Virus record (IMG/VR): IMGVR_UViG_3300031539_000005
Span: 1-64,000 of that record
Reading direction: 5' to 3' (one strand)
Length of the DNA stretch: 64,000 nt
Origin: a virus
Taxonomy: Duplodnaviria; Caudoviricetes
The position numbers and the translations under genes were made by a program. The notes under the pieces are model-generated. The model searched no databases. It saw only the letters and a program-made list of their open reading frames with translations, and was not told the DNA's origin. The stretch's first letter is position 1; the number at the start of each line of letters is the position of its first letter. Positions 26,668-35,963 of the stretch are shown here, one piece after another.

Positions 26668-27081
26668 ATGGAGAAAGTTATGTATAATCAAATTTACAAA
26701 GTAATTTTTGAGGATGATACAGAATTCATCGGAGGAAGCTTAGATGCCCCCAAATGGAGTAAATGTCCTGATAATACCATCAAGGCATTAGAGATTAATC
26801 TTCCCTATGGAGATAAAATTGTCCTTTCGGAATACGAACAGTTTAACTTTTTCATAGGAGCAATTAAATCTCTTAATGCTGGAAGATTGGTAATTAGTCA
26901 TCTATTTGCTCTAGGGTGCAAGAATGACTTAGTCACTTCCTATCGAATCACACTTACTTCCAGAAATGCTTCTAATAAATATCAAGTTGGAGATATGACA
27001 GTAAGGCAATTTGCTTTTGGAAAAGAGGGTATAGGTAAGACATCCACGACTGGTTGGAGAAAAGGAACAAAGGTTGATTAA
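26668..27081 (+). CDS. Hypothetical protein
   Basis: Tightly packed ORF; YKVIFEDDTEFIGG. Confidence 0.6.
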   Translation: MEKVMYNQIYKVIFEDDTEFIGGSLDAPKWSKCPDNTIKALEINLPYGDKIVLSEYEQFNFFIGAIKSLNAGRLVISHLFALGCKNDLVTSYRITLTSRNASNKYQVGDMTVRQFAFGKEGIGKTSTTGWRKGTKVD

Positions 27082-28643
27082 TGGCAAAGTTTACTCCAGA
27101 TCATGGATTATATCTAGAGCCAGATACTAGTCCGTATACGAGTAAAGCACTGAGTGTCGATGACGATCTCATTGATGAAAATTTATATACAGCAGCTACT
27201 TCAAATTTCTGTGAAACAAGTTTTAGTTATGGTCTAGACTTAGGAAGCGCTCAGACCGTTGGGACTATTCGGGTTTGTTGGCAGACTTATGGGGATGTAA
27301 CTCCTGTGAGCTGGTCCAGTAGCGGGACAGATAGTGTCAAAGTTTTTAAGTCATCTGATAATACTACTTGGGTAGCGGTAGAACAATTTGATGGTCCCGC
27401 TTTTATTCATACAGGATATAAAGAACTTGCTTTTGATTGTGTTCTAACTACTCCTGCCTCTGCTAGATATTGGAAAGTAGTTGCTTTAGAAATATTGAGA
27501 ATTGAACCTGGGACAGGAGTTCTGTATGCTGGTGAAGTAGAAGCTTATCCTGAAGAAGCCAGTTCTTCTTCCTCAAGTTCATCTAGAAGTTCTTCTAGTT
27601 CGTCATCTAGAAGTTCTTCCAGTTCATCTTCGTCATCCAGGAGTTCTTCCAGTTCATCTAGAAGCTCATCTTCTTCTAGTTCATCTAGGAGCAGTTCCTC
27701 CTCTTCAAGTTCTTCAAGAAGTTCTTCATCTTCATCTTCTAGAAGTTCTTCGAGTTCATCTTCCAGAAGTAGCTCTTCTTCATCAAGTTCATCTAGAAGT
27801 TCTTCAAGTTCATCTTCTTCAAGTTCATCTAGAAGTAGTTCAAGTTCTTCATCTAGAAGTTCTTCAAGTTCATCTTCGTCAAGAAGTAGTTCCAGTTCTT
27901 CTAGCCATTCATCTAAAAGCAGTTCAAGCAGTTCAAGTTCATCTTCTTCAAGTTCTTCTAGAAGTAGTTCAAGTTCTTCTAGCCGTTCATCTAAAAGCAG
28001 TTCAAGCAGTTCAAGCAGTTCAAGCAGTTCTTCATCCAGAAGTAGTTCTAGCTCATCTAGTTCATCTTCATTATCTAAGAGTTCTTCTAGCTCATCTTCT
28101 AGTTCTAAAAGTTCAAGTAGCTCAAGTTCATCTTCTTCAAGTTCTTCTAGAAGCTCTTCTAGTTCTTCTTCTAGCAGTTCTTCTAGTTCATCATCATCTC
28201 AATCTAGTTCATCTTCATCCAGTAGTGCTCCTGCTCACAGGGCAGATTTCTATCTAGATACAAAAGTTTATAAAGTTCACAGAGCGGATATTCGTTTTGA
28301 TTCTGCAATAAAACTTGGAACGAGACATTTACTTAAACTTGATTGTGAAATAGCTGCTACGAGTAGAGTATGGGGATATGTAAGAGATTGGAGGGGGCAC
28401 ATTGTTAGAAAAGAATGTAAGATAATTATTTCTTCTTCTGATGGAGCAACTATTTATGGAGCTACGATATCATCTTGGACAACTGGATATTATAATGCTC
28501 AAGTTAATTTACCAAAGGGATCACAAGTTCTGGTAACTGTTTTCTATACTGGAACTTTTAGGAATCAAACAAACATGGCAGGATCTGATATTGTTACTAC
28601 AGCAAGTTCTTCATCAAGTAGTAGTTCACTTTCAGCGAGCTAA
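27081..28643 (+). CDS. Serine-rich tail/virion protein: discoidin (F5/8 type C)-like N-domain, ~220-aa poly-Ser stalk, C-terminal beta-sandwich
   Basis: LDLGSAQTVGTI...SSDNTTW...SARYWKV...EVEAY discoidin-like motifs; Ser tract. Confidence 0.75.
   Translation: MAKFTPDHGLYLEPDTSPYTSKALSVDDDLIDENLYTAATSNFCETSFSYGLDLGSAQTVGTIRVCWQTYGDVTPVSWSSSGTDSVKVFKSSDNTTWVAVEQFDGPAFIHTGYKELAFDCVLTTPASARYWKVVALEILRIEPGTGVLYAGEVEAYPEEASSSSSSSSRSSSSSSSRSSSSSSSSSRSSSSSSRSSSSSSSSRSSSSSSSSSRSSSSSSSRSSSSSSSRSSSSSSSSSRSSSSSSSSSSSRSSSSSSSRSSSSSSSSRSSSSSSSHSSKSSSSSSSSSSSSSSRSSSSSSSRSSKSSSSSSSSSSSSSSRSSSSSSSSSSLSKSSSSSSSSSKSSSSSSSSSSSSSRSSSSSSSSSSSSSSSSQSSSSSSSSAPAHRADFYLDTKVYKVHRADIRFDSAIKLGTRHLLKLDCEIAATSRVWGYVRDWRGHIVRKECKIIISSSDGATIYGATISSWTTGYYNAQVNLPKGSQVLVTVFYTGTFRNQTNMAGSDIVTTASSSSSSSSLSAS
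27561..28226 (+). repeat. Poly-Ser coding tract (~222 aa)
   Basis: Ser runs punctuated by R/K; mixed synonymous codons. Confidence 0.95.
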
Positions 28644-28645
28644 GT

Positions 28646-29197
28646 ATGGCTATCATTAAACAACAAAATAATTGGAACGATTATATAGATTATGGTAAAC
28701 AATCTGGGGAATATCTTTGCCAGTCTCTATTCTTTGATCGATCCTTTATTTTAGATTCAATTACTTTGAGATTTGATTCTACAAATGTAGATGTAGTGAA
28801 TGATATTAAGTTCAGGGCAGAAGTTAGACCATCTTCTGGTTCAGCAAATCAATTGGATCTAACAGATACTATAGCCGATTATTCAAGTTGGTATAATGAT
28901 GAAAATATTCCTCCTACGGAATTTACATTTCCTCTTAATGGATTGTCTTTTCCGGCCGGTTATTATTACTTTGCTTTGGTTAGCAATCTCAGAGTTCCCA
29001 AAATAATGCGTGTTGCTTTTCAAAAAGGTGGATCTTTTTTTGGTAAATTCATTCATATAAAGAATAGTACGGGAATTTATAGGTCCGATTATGGACTGAT
29101 GATTAAAATTAATGGAACTTGGAATGAAATTCCTCCTAAGCTACAGACTTTGGATATCAACACTTATGTCATTACGACAATTCAGGATGAATCTTAG
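28646..29197 (+). CDS. Hypothetical tail-region protein (beta-sandwich)
   Basis: LCQSL...LDSITL...AGYYYFAL pattern; tail cluster. Confidence 0.55.
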   Translation: MAIIKQQNNWNDYIDYGKQSGEYLCQSLFFDRSFILDSITLRFDSTNVDVVNDIKFRAEVRPSSGSANQLDLTDTIADYSSWYNDENIPPTEFTFPLNGLSFPAGYYYFALVSNLRVPKIMRVAFQKGGSFFGKFIHIKNSTGIYRSDYGLMIKINGTWNEIPPKLQTLDINTYVITTIQDES

Positions 29198-29199
29198 TC

Positions 29200-30132
29200 A
29201 TGGCAATTGCAGAAACAGTTATAGAAACTTGGAACTATTGGAATTATTATAAAAGGGTTCTAAGAAATATTTCAACTGGAGGAGAATATACCCTAGACAC
29301 AGGGCCTTACTCTCCATCTATTACTGGACTTTTAAGAGTAGGAGTTAGAATAGCAGAATCTAGTTCAACAGAAGAGGTGAGAGAATATTATGTTCTAGTT
29401 CTTCGGCCAGATAAAAAACGCCTTGCTAATCAAGATTTTCCTATAGATGTCAAATTAGAATTAGATATTTCCACTTGTGTTTTATCAGAAGGACAATCAA
29501 TTGTAACTCTAAGAGTAAAACCTTGGGCTAATCCTAATGGATTACGTTGGATAACATCCAGTTTGATTAGCTATGAACAAATTATTGAACATTATATTCC
29601 TTTTGATATTTCTGCTGTTGATTATGCTATTGCTACTTATGAAGAAACTAAAACTGTGAGTCCAACTACGGGTTCCGTCGAGTTCATTAGTCTTGAACAG
29701 AGCTTCTGGAAATTCATGAGAGATAAAACAATTGGATTCGCAATTTCTGGGACGGAAGGGTACTGTGAAATCTTTGGTCCAACTTATGTTGCTACTTCTG
29801 TGAGACCAAAATTTACAATCGATCAGAGTCAGGCTGCCAGAGTGCAAGGGTATGCAAAACTCACGACAGAAATTAAAGCTCAGTCGAGAGTGAAAGGGGT
29901 ATGTAAAGATAGAGAGGGAGATCTTATTACTGGAGTACAATGTAGAATTATTGTTTTTAATCCTGACGATTATAGAATAGTGGGAACAGGAGTATCAACT
30001 GCTGCTGATGGCTCTTTTTTAATTGATGTAGATTTCAGAGTGGGATCATCGGTAGTGGTAAGTTTTGTAGAAACTGGACAAAGTATTTACGGAAGCGAAA
30101 TAATGACTACAGTTTCTCGGAGTACAGTGTAA
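29200..30132 (+). CDS. Hypothetical tail-region protein; C-domain similar to the C-domain of 27081
   Basis: SRVKGVCKDREG..CRIIV vs SRVWGYVRDWRG..CKIII. Confidence 0.55.
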   Translation: MAIAETVIETWNYWNYYKRVLRNISTGGEYTLDTGPYSPSITGLLRVGVRIAESSSTEEVREYYVLVLRPDKKRLANQDFPIDVKLELDISTCVLSEGQSIVTLRVKPWANPNGLRWITSSLISYEQIIEHYIPFDISAVDYAIATYEETKTVSPTTGSVEFISLEQSFWKFMRDKTIGFAISGTEGYCEIFGPTYVATSVRPKFTIDQSQAARVQGYAKLTTEIKAQSRVKGVCKDREGDLITGVQCRIIVFNPDDYRIVGTGVSTAADGSFLIDVDFRVGSSVVVSFVETGQSIYGSEIMTTVSRSTV

Positions 30133-31745
30133 TGACTGACATTATTATTAAAGTTTCATATCCCTTTAGAGATGAAAGACTTTTCCCTACAGGATGGAGA
30201 AGTTTTAATCAAGATTTATGGAGTATTAATTCCATAGAAGCCGAAAATGAAATAATTGGATTAAATAAGATTAATGATGAAATAGATACAGAAATTATTG
30301 CCATAAATGATCTTACCACTATGGTTTTTGCTGATATTCTTGGCCTGAATGAATTAGAAATTACCTTAGAAATGATTAGTGTGAATCATATTCTGGATGC
30401 CATAACCCATGAATATATAGGATCAAATGTTCTCGCAGTTGCATATACTCCAGAAATAATAGCCATTAATGATATTTTAACTTATCATCTCAGAGAAAAT
30501 GAAATAATTGGCATCAATAGAATTGGACAAAGTACCTATACAACCTATTCTTATACTGTCACAATTCTTCTTGATAATGTGAATATTACGGATTACATTC
30601 TCAGTTGGGAAATTAATATTTCTGAGGATTCCTATGTGAATTCTGCAAGGCTTATGTTTACTGACAAAAGTTTCTTTACCCAATGTGATCCGACAATATT
30701 GATCGGAGAAAAAAGAATTAAGATTACAATAGATGGGATTAGCTATGAATTTTTGTTAGAGAAAAGAAATCTGAATCGCAGTCCAACAGAAGGAGATTTT
30801 GATATATGGGGGCGTTCTCATCTCTGTACTCTGGACATGCCTTACAGTACTCCATTGATAGATAAGGATATTGTTCAGGATCCGGATACGCTTGAATGGT
30901 CTTGTCCGGACGATGATACCTATATTCCTCATATCTGGCAAACAGGAGACCATACTGCCAGTGAAATAATTGAAAATATTATTGGAGCTGATCACACATT
31001 GTCAATGGAGATTGATGATTTTGTAATAAAGCAAGGAACTGTTTCAGTGACTGGAGAGGCCCCTATAGAATTTGTAAATAAAATTGCCAAAATCGTTGGC
31101 GCTCATGTAAGGACAGATTTAGATGATCAATTAATTGTTAGGTATTGGAAATTCAATGAGACAGGAACTACAGTTGCCACCTTTACCGATCTAGAATCTA
31201 TTTTTATGTTGAATGAAAGTCTAGAATTTCCGGAAGGATATAATAGAGTTTTGGTAAGAGGCTATGAAGATGTGCTTGAAGATTCTTCTGTTCAATTTTC
31301 AATTGTCCTCGATGCTGAATTGAATAATAGCCGAAATCAATTTTCTTTTGGAACAGATTGCTGGTTTAGAATTTATAAGTCTCCATTGAATGTAGACTAT
31401 ACAATTTCCTCTACTCTAGGAGATGTTGCTCTGAATAGCTCAAATGTTTCTGAAGATATTTCACAAGAAGTTTCTGGCTTTGGTGGGAAAACTCTACAGG
31501 CAGATAAACCTATTGTCACAATAACAAAGATAGAACTTTATGATTGTTCCATTGTGGGTTCAGATCAATATAGTTTTTCCCGAGGATATAAGACTGTAAC
31601 TGCTGAATCTGTAGTCATAGAAGATACTCCTGTGCTAATAAGTTATACTTCTCAATATGATCTATATAAACTTACAGTTTCGAAACCTTGTGATCCGTTA
31701 ATTACTGATGAAATAATTTCAAGAATCAATCTTATTGAAACATAG
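30132..31745 (+). CDS. Putative baseplate hub / tail tip protein with N-terminal ~14-aa repeats
   Basis: ILLDNVNITDYILSWEINISEDSYVN, WGRS...LD.PY and YNRVLVRG hub-like pattern; EIIGLN/EIIAIN repeats. Confidence 0.6.
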   Translation: MTDIIIKVSYPFRDERLFPTGWRSFNQDLWSINSIEAENEIIGLNKINDEIDTEIIAINDLTTMVFADILGLNELEITLEMISVNHILDAITHEYIGSNVLAVAYTPEIIAINDILTYHLRENEIIGINRIGQSTYTTYSYTVTILLDNVNITDYILSWEINISEDSYVNSARLMFTDKSFFTQCDPTILIGEKRIKITIDGISYEFLLEKRNLNRSPTEGDFDIWGRSHLCTLDMPYSTPLIDKDIVQDPDTLEWSCPDDDTYIPHIWQTGDHTASEIIENIIGADHTLSMEIDDFVIKQGTVSVTGEAPIEFVNKIAKIVGAHVRTDLDDQLIVRYWKFNETGTTVATFTDLESIFMLNESLEFPEGYNRVLVRGYEDVLEDSSVQFSIVLDAELNNSRNQFSFGTDCWFRIYKSPLNVDYTISSTLGDVALNSSNVSEDISQEVSGFGGKTLQADKPIVTITKIELYDCSIVGSDQYSFSRGYKTVTAESVVIEDTPVLISYTSQYDLYKLTVSKPCDPLITDEIISRINLIET

Positions 31746-31753
31746 GAAGCAGA

Positions 31754-32254
31754 ATGGCATTAATCGCTAAAGCCAGTTTGGATGTTGTTTTTGTTGTCTC
31801 GTATGTGGATACAAGTCTTATTGAGGCATCTCTTGTTCCAGATGATAATGGTGGAGCTAGTTGCTATTTACCTAATGAGAATTATTATATTCGTTTATAT
31901 AAGTCCAATAGCAACCTTGCCGTCTCTGCGAAAGCTAATTTCGGCAGTATAACGAAACATGCATCGGATGTTATCGAAAATGTTACAGAAGAGATTGTAT
32001 TTTCTGGAACAGACACTGTTTCTTTACTCAAGATTCTTAGAGGAAGTTTTACTCTTACTTATAATGGTCTTGTTTACACTTTGGATCATACTGAACATAC
32101 TCCATCAATTGCTTCTGAAATAGGTTCTAAAGCTTTAGCTTCTGATGTCTCTATCTTTGGAGCATTTAGTGTAAGCTATGTTTCCTTATATGATCTATAT
32201 TTATTTAGACCTAGTCGATTTGGAAAACTCCTATTATCTTTTGTGGGTACTTAA
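31754..32254 (+). CDS. Tail tip protein (domain shared with 30132 C-term and 33400)
   Basis: DDNGGASCYLPNENYYIRLYKS motif. Confidence 0.55.
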   Translation: MALIAKASLDVVFVVSYVDTSLIEASLVPDDNGGASCYLPNENYYIRLYKSNSNLAVSAKANFGSITKHASDVIENVTEEIVFSGTDTVSLLKILRGSFTLTYNGLVYTLDHTEHTPSIASEIGSKALASDVSIFGAFSVSYVSLYDLYLFRPSRFGKLLLSFVGT

Positions 32255-32256
32255 TT

Positions 32257-32583
32257 ATGATAGAGATCATTTGCAGACGAGGAGCTGGCGATAAAGAAAT
32301 GGATTCAGTAGATGATCCTTTAATAAACACGAACGCTATGGCGGTTAAAAGAGGAACCTATGAAATAGATCGCCAGTGGTTTTTAATTCATGATCAAACA
32401 ATAGAAGTTCCACATAAAAAAAGAGATGCTGGAACTGCTTTGATGGATAATGATATAGTTGAACTCGAAGATCTCCTCATTGGACTTACTGGAAAAAGAA
32501 AAATAAAATCTTTGGTTATCAGTGGATCTCCTTCGCGCGTTATAGCGACAATTACAGTGGCTAAATATAGAGAATTTGTATAA
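32257..32583 (+). CDS. Hypothetical tail tip protein
   Basis: RGAGDK...DPLI....AVKRG pattern; tail cluster. Confidence 0.55.
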   Translation: MIEIICRRGAGDKEMDSVDDPLINTNAMAVKRGTYEIDRQWFLIHDQTIEVPHKKRDAGTALMDNDIVELEDLLIGLTGKRKIKSLVISGSPSRVIATITVAKYREFV

Positions 32584-32607
32584 ACTAAAATTAGGGAGTT
32601 TATTGTT

Positions 32608-33126
32608 ATGTCATCTTGGCCGATTATTGATAATTTAGCAGGGATTATTCTAAAGAATGTTGAAGGATGCGTAGTAGAAATCGGAATGGGCTCTTCTACG
32701 TATGCTCTCGCCACTCCTGCAATAAAGTTTAAAAGGAAATTATATACTTGTGATATTAAATTGAGAGCAGCTTCTCTTTTTGAGGATCATATTCAATTTG
32801 AAGGAAAGTCTGAAGATTTCATAAAGTTTTTTGATGATACTCCAGCTATAGTTTTTCTAGATGGATGTCATGATTTTGATGTAGTTTTTATGGAATATCT
32901 TTTTTTTAGGGAAAAATTGCTTCCCGGAGGAGTTATCTTCTTTCATGATACTTTGCCTCCTACAGAAAAACACCTGAGCCGAGGAGCCTGTTCTAATTCC
33001 TATTTGGTCAGACAAGAACTAGAACAAATAGAACCAAATTGTTTCACCTGGCCCTATTCCGATGGAAAATGTGGATTAACAATGATTTTGAAAAGAGAAG
33101 ATTCTCCTCCTTATTACCGAGCATAA
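32608..33126 (+). CDS. Class I SAM-dependent methyltransferase (Methyltransf_24-like)
   Basis: VVEIGMGSST; VFLDGCHDF; GGVIFFHDT. Confidence 0.8.
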   Translation: MSSWPIIDNLAGIILKNVEGCVVEIGMGSSTYALATPAIKFKRKLYTCDIKLRAASLFEDHIQFEGKSEDFIKFFDDTPAIVFLDGCHDFDVVFMEYLFFREKLLPGGVIFFHDTLPPTEKHLSRGACSNSYLVRQELEQIEPNCFTWPYSDGKCGLTMILKREDSPPYYRA

Positions 33127-33127
33127 A

Positions 33128-33397
33128 ATGAAATCAAAAAGTATCCAAGTTGGATTTGTCCAAAATGTTCCTTCTTATGCTGATGCTAAAGTGACAAAAG
33201 TATATGAAGATTCTTATGATATCCGATTATCTAACGGAAAGATCTATAAACATATTCCAAATGCTTCTAGCACTACTTTTGTCACTGGAGATTATGTAGC
33301 GGTTATTTTTTCAGATATAGAGAGAAAAGATTGTAGGATAGTTGGAAGAGGTAAAAAGATTACTACTTTAAGTTCAGTCACAATTGTGGATGTATAA
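33128..33397 (+). CDS. Small OB-fold-like tail protein
   Basis: AKVTKV...YDIRL...IPN.....GDYVAV pattern. Confidence 0.45.
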   Translation: MKSKSIQVGFVQNVPSYADAKVTKVYEDSYDIRLSNGKIYKHIPNASSTTFVTGDYVAVIFSDIERKDCRIVGRGKKITTLSSVTIVDV

Positions 33398-33399
33398 AA

Positions 33400-34731
33400 A
33401 TGGCTATTTCATCCAGTATCATAACGATTTCTCAAGTTTGCGAAGCTGAAAGTTGTCTTCTGCAATGGTCGGTAGTACATGAAGACAATAATAGTCCAGA
33501 TTGTTTTCTTGCAGATACAGCTTATTATATAAGATTATATAGGACTCCTTTGACTTTACTTCCGGCTGACATAACGGTCTTTAATACAAGCGGGAGTGTA
33601 ACCTATGTATCTACTGAAGAAGAATCTGTAATTGAAGAATTTGTTACTTTTCAAGGAGATCAAGTAGCACGTCTTGATAAGCCATTCTATCAAACTTTTA
33701 CTTTTACTACTCTGGGAATTTACAATGCAAGCGGTCAGCCTTCCGAAGCTATCACTTTCGGTGTAACCGAAGGCAGTAATGAAATCAGAGCTTCTGCTCC
33801 TTGCTTTGGAACTATTCTTGTAAACTATATTACTCAATATCTTAGATATAGATTTGTTGGAACATTCTATGAATCTACTCCTATAGTTGTGGTAAGTCGT
33901 CAAATCGTGATTGGAGCTCTGGCAATTTGTAATAATGAAACTATCCGCGATGCTGCAATTGTAGAAATAATGAAACGCTGTGCGGCTGACGATTCAGGAT
34001 GCTTGGAATTAACTGATCCAGAAGTGGATACAAGTAGTGATGAAGGAGCGGCTTATGACAAACAAGGAAAAAAATTAATTAAAGTCTATGTTGAAGATCC
34101 TTCTTATATTGCGGCATATTGTACTAGAGGATCTATAACATGGCTTGGAACAGATGAAGATACAATAGAAGAAGAAATTGCTGGCATGGGTGGCAATTTT
34201 AGTGCTTCTTTTCATGTCTATAATTTGATATCTCAAGAGGTGAGTGGAGGAAATGTAAACACTCTTGAAGTTATAAATGGAAATCTTTCAATGATTAGAA
34301 CTCCGGAAGATGCTGTTATAAATGGAATTCCCATTGGATATGGAACAGTAAGAATAAAATATCTTACTCGCTATCAAAAATATCTAATTGCTGCCGCAGT
34401 TACAGGAATGGGAGTATTCATTGTTCATGACCTAGTCGGAATAAATTGTGACTATGCAAGCACAACTTATCAACTTGGAGTAGAGACTGTAACAAATAGA
34501 TATGATATTACTCTTGTCTTTAAAGATTTTGTAACTGGAGAACCTGTTCCATTGGCCGATGTATGGGTTGATGATGTTCCTGTTGGTCAGACAGATGGCA
34601 ATGGAGAAGTTTTTATCAGACAAGTCCTTGTTGATGTAGATCATACAGTGAGAGCGAAGAAAGAAGGCTATATTGATACTTATTCAGATAGTCTTGCAAA
34701 CGATGTTTTTAGAATTACAAGTCCTTCTTAA
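33400..34731 (+). CDS. Tail tip protein with C-terminal PEGA/carboxypeptidase-regulatory-like domain
   Basis: EDNNSPDCF....YYIRLY; DFVTGEPVPLADVWVD...GQTDGNG...HTVRAKKEGY. Confidence 0.6.
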   Translation: MAISSSIITISQVCEAESCLLQWSVVHEDNNSPDCFLADTAYYIRLYRTPLTLLPADITVFNTSGSVTYVSTEEESVIEEFVTFQGDQVARLDKPFYQTFTFTTLGIYNASGQPSEAITFGVTEGSNEIRASAPCFGTILVNYITQYLRYRFVGTFYESTPIVVVSRQIVIGALAICNNETIRDAAIVEIMKRCAADDSGCLELTDPEVDTSSDEGAAYDKQGKKLIKVYVEDPSYIAAYCTRGSITWLGTDEDTIEEEIAGMGGNFSASFHVYNLISQEVSGGNVNTLEVINGNLSMIRTPEDAVINGIPIGYGTVRIKYLTRYQKYLIAAAVTGMGVFIVHDLVGINCDYASTTYQLGVETVTNRYDITLVFKDFVTGEPVPLADVWVDDVPVGQTDGNGEVFIRQVLVDVDHTVRAKKEGYIDTYSDSLANDVFRITSPS

Positions 34732-34749
34732 CGCACATGAGATCAAAAG

Positions 34750-35958
34750 ATGCCAACATATATCAGAGAAGAACATTTGAGATTTTTCGAGAGTCAGTAC
34801 GCTTACCTGTACCATCCTTTCCATTCTAATCTTTACTATCAATATATGGGTCCGATAATTGATGACAAGGGCTTTCATGTCAGCACGAATGTAAGGCTAT
34901 ATGGAGTTCGAAATTCTGATCGGATAACCGCAAATCATATAATCACTGGAACATTTAGGATCTCTTATTTTGCCTTTAGGGTAGGAGAAGAATATACTGC
35001 TTTTGGGCAAAGTTTAACTATGAATATGCTTTCTAATGGATTTCATGGAGATGGATATGCTATTTTTCACATGCTAAAAAAAGGGGTCAGAGGAATTAAG
35101 CCGACGGATGTAAGTATGGCTTTTGAAGAACTCTTCTTAGGAAGTAGACTTTGGGCATTAATGGTGATTGTAAGAATAGAAGAAGATCCAAGACTTAAAG
35201 CTATATCCATATCTAATTCGCTTACGGGATTACAAATCACATACATAAAACATGCTCCGACCACTATGAGAAGTGGACCATATACATACGTTTACCGTCC
35301 CGGAGAAAGAAGACCTGCATTTGATGATGCTTGCGATGTAGTTGTCAAAGACGTTTTCCCTAAGAACGAATTTGGAACATCCGGTGGAGATATTGGCATG
35401 TTAAGAGGAGGATGGGAAGCTGATAATCTTGGTTCTTACTATAATAGTGATACTCAATCAGTTCCAGTATCACTGTTTAAGACTGGAACGGCAAGAGAGT
35501 ACAATCAATTTGGATTTGGATTACCTTCTTTTAATCCCTTATGCGATCAGGATATATACATAATCGATTTTAATCCAATGCCTTCTACTGTCTATAGTGT
35601 GAGAGGGTATTACAATGATGCTAGACTATTACCTCCCGAATATCAAGTAAGACTCAGAAATAATCCAAAGGATCGACCAGAAAATTATCCAATTTTGATT
35701 GCTTATCAACAATTTGAAGTCGCTTATATGAAAGGTGGAAAGATAATTTCTCAAGAATATGTAGGGAATCATTATTATCATTATGGAATTCTTACAGAAA
35801 ATGAAGAACAGATCACTGCAATAGGGCAATATTCTGTCTATCGCATTGGGCAATGGGTTATTATTAACAAAGCGGAAAACGGAAATTGGTATATTAGCCC
35901 AACGTCTTATTTGTATTACCAAAACCAACTCGGGGATGGAAAGCCCCAGATAGGATAA
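34750..35958 (+). CDS. Hypothetical tail-region protein
   Basis: 402-aa ORF in the tail cluster. Confidence 0.55.
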   Translation: MPTYIREEHLRFFESQYAYLYHPFHSNLYYQYMGPIIDDKGFHVSTNVRLYGVRNSDRITANHIITGTFRISYFAFRVGEEYTAFGQSLTMNMLSNGFHGDGYAIFHMLKKGVRGIKPTDVSMAFEELFLGSRLWALMVIVRIEEDPRLKAISISNSLTGLQITYIKHAPTTMRSGPYTYVYRPGERRPAFDDACDVVVKDVFPKNEFGTSGGDIGMLRGGWEADNLGSYYNSDTQSVPVSLFKTGTAREYNQFGFGLPSFNPLCDQDIYIIDFNPMPSTVYSVRGYYNDARLLPPEYQVRLRNNPKDRPENYPILIAYQQFEVAYMKGGKIISQEYVGNHYYHYGILTENEEQITAIGQYSVYRIGQWVIINKAENGNWYISPTSYLYYQNQLGDGKPQIG

Positions 35959-35963
35959 GAAGG

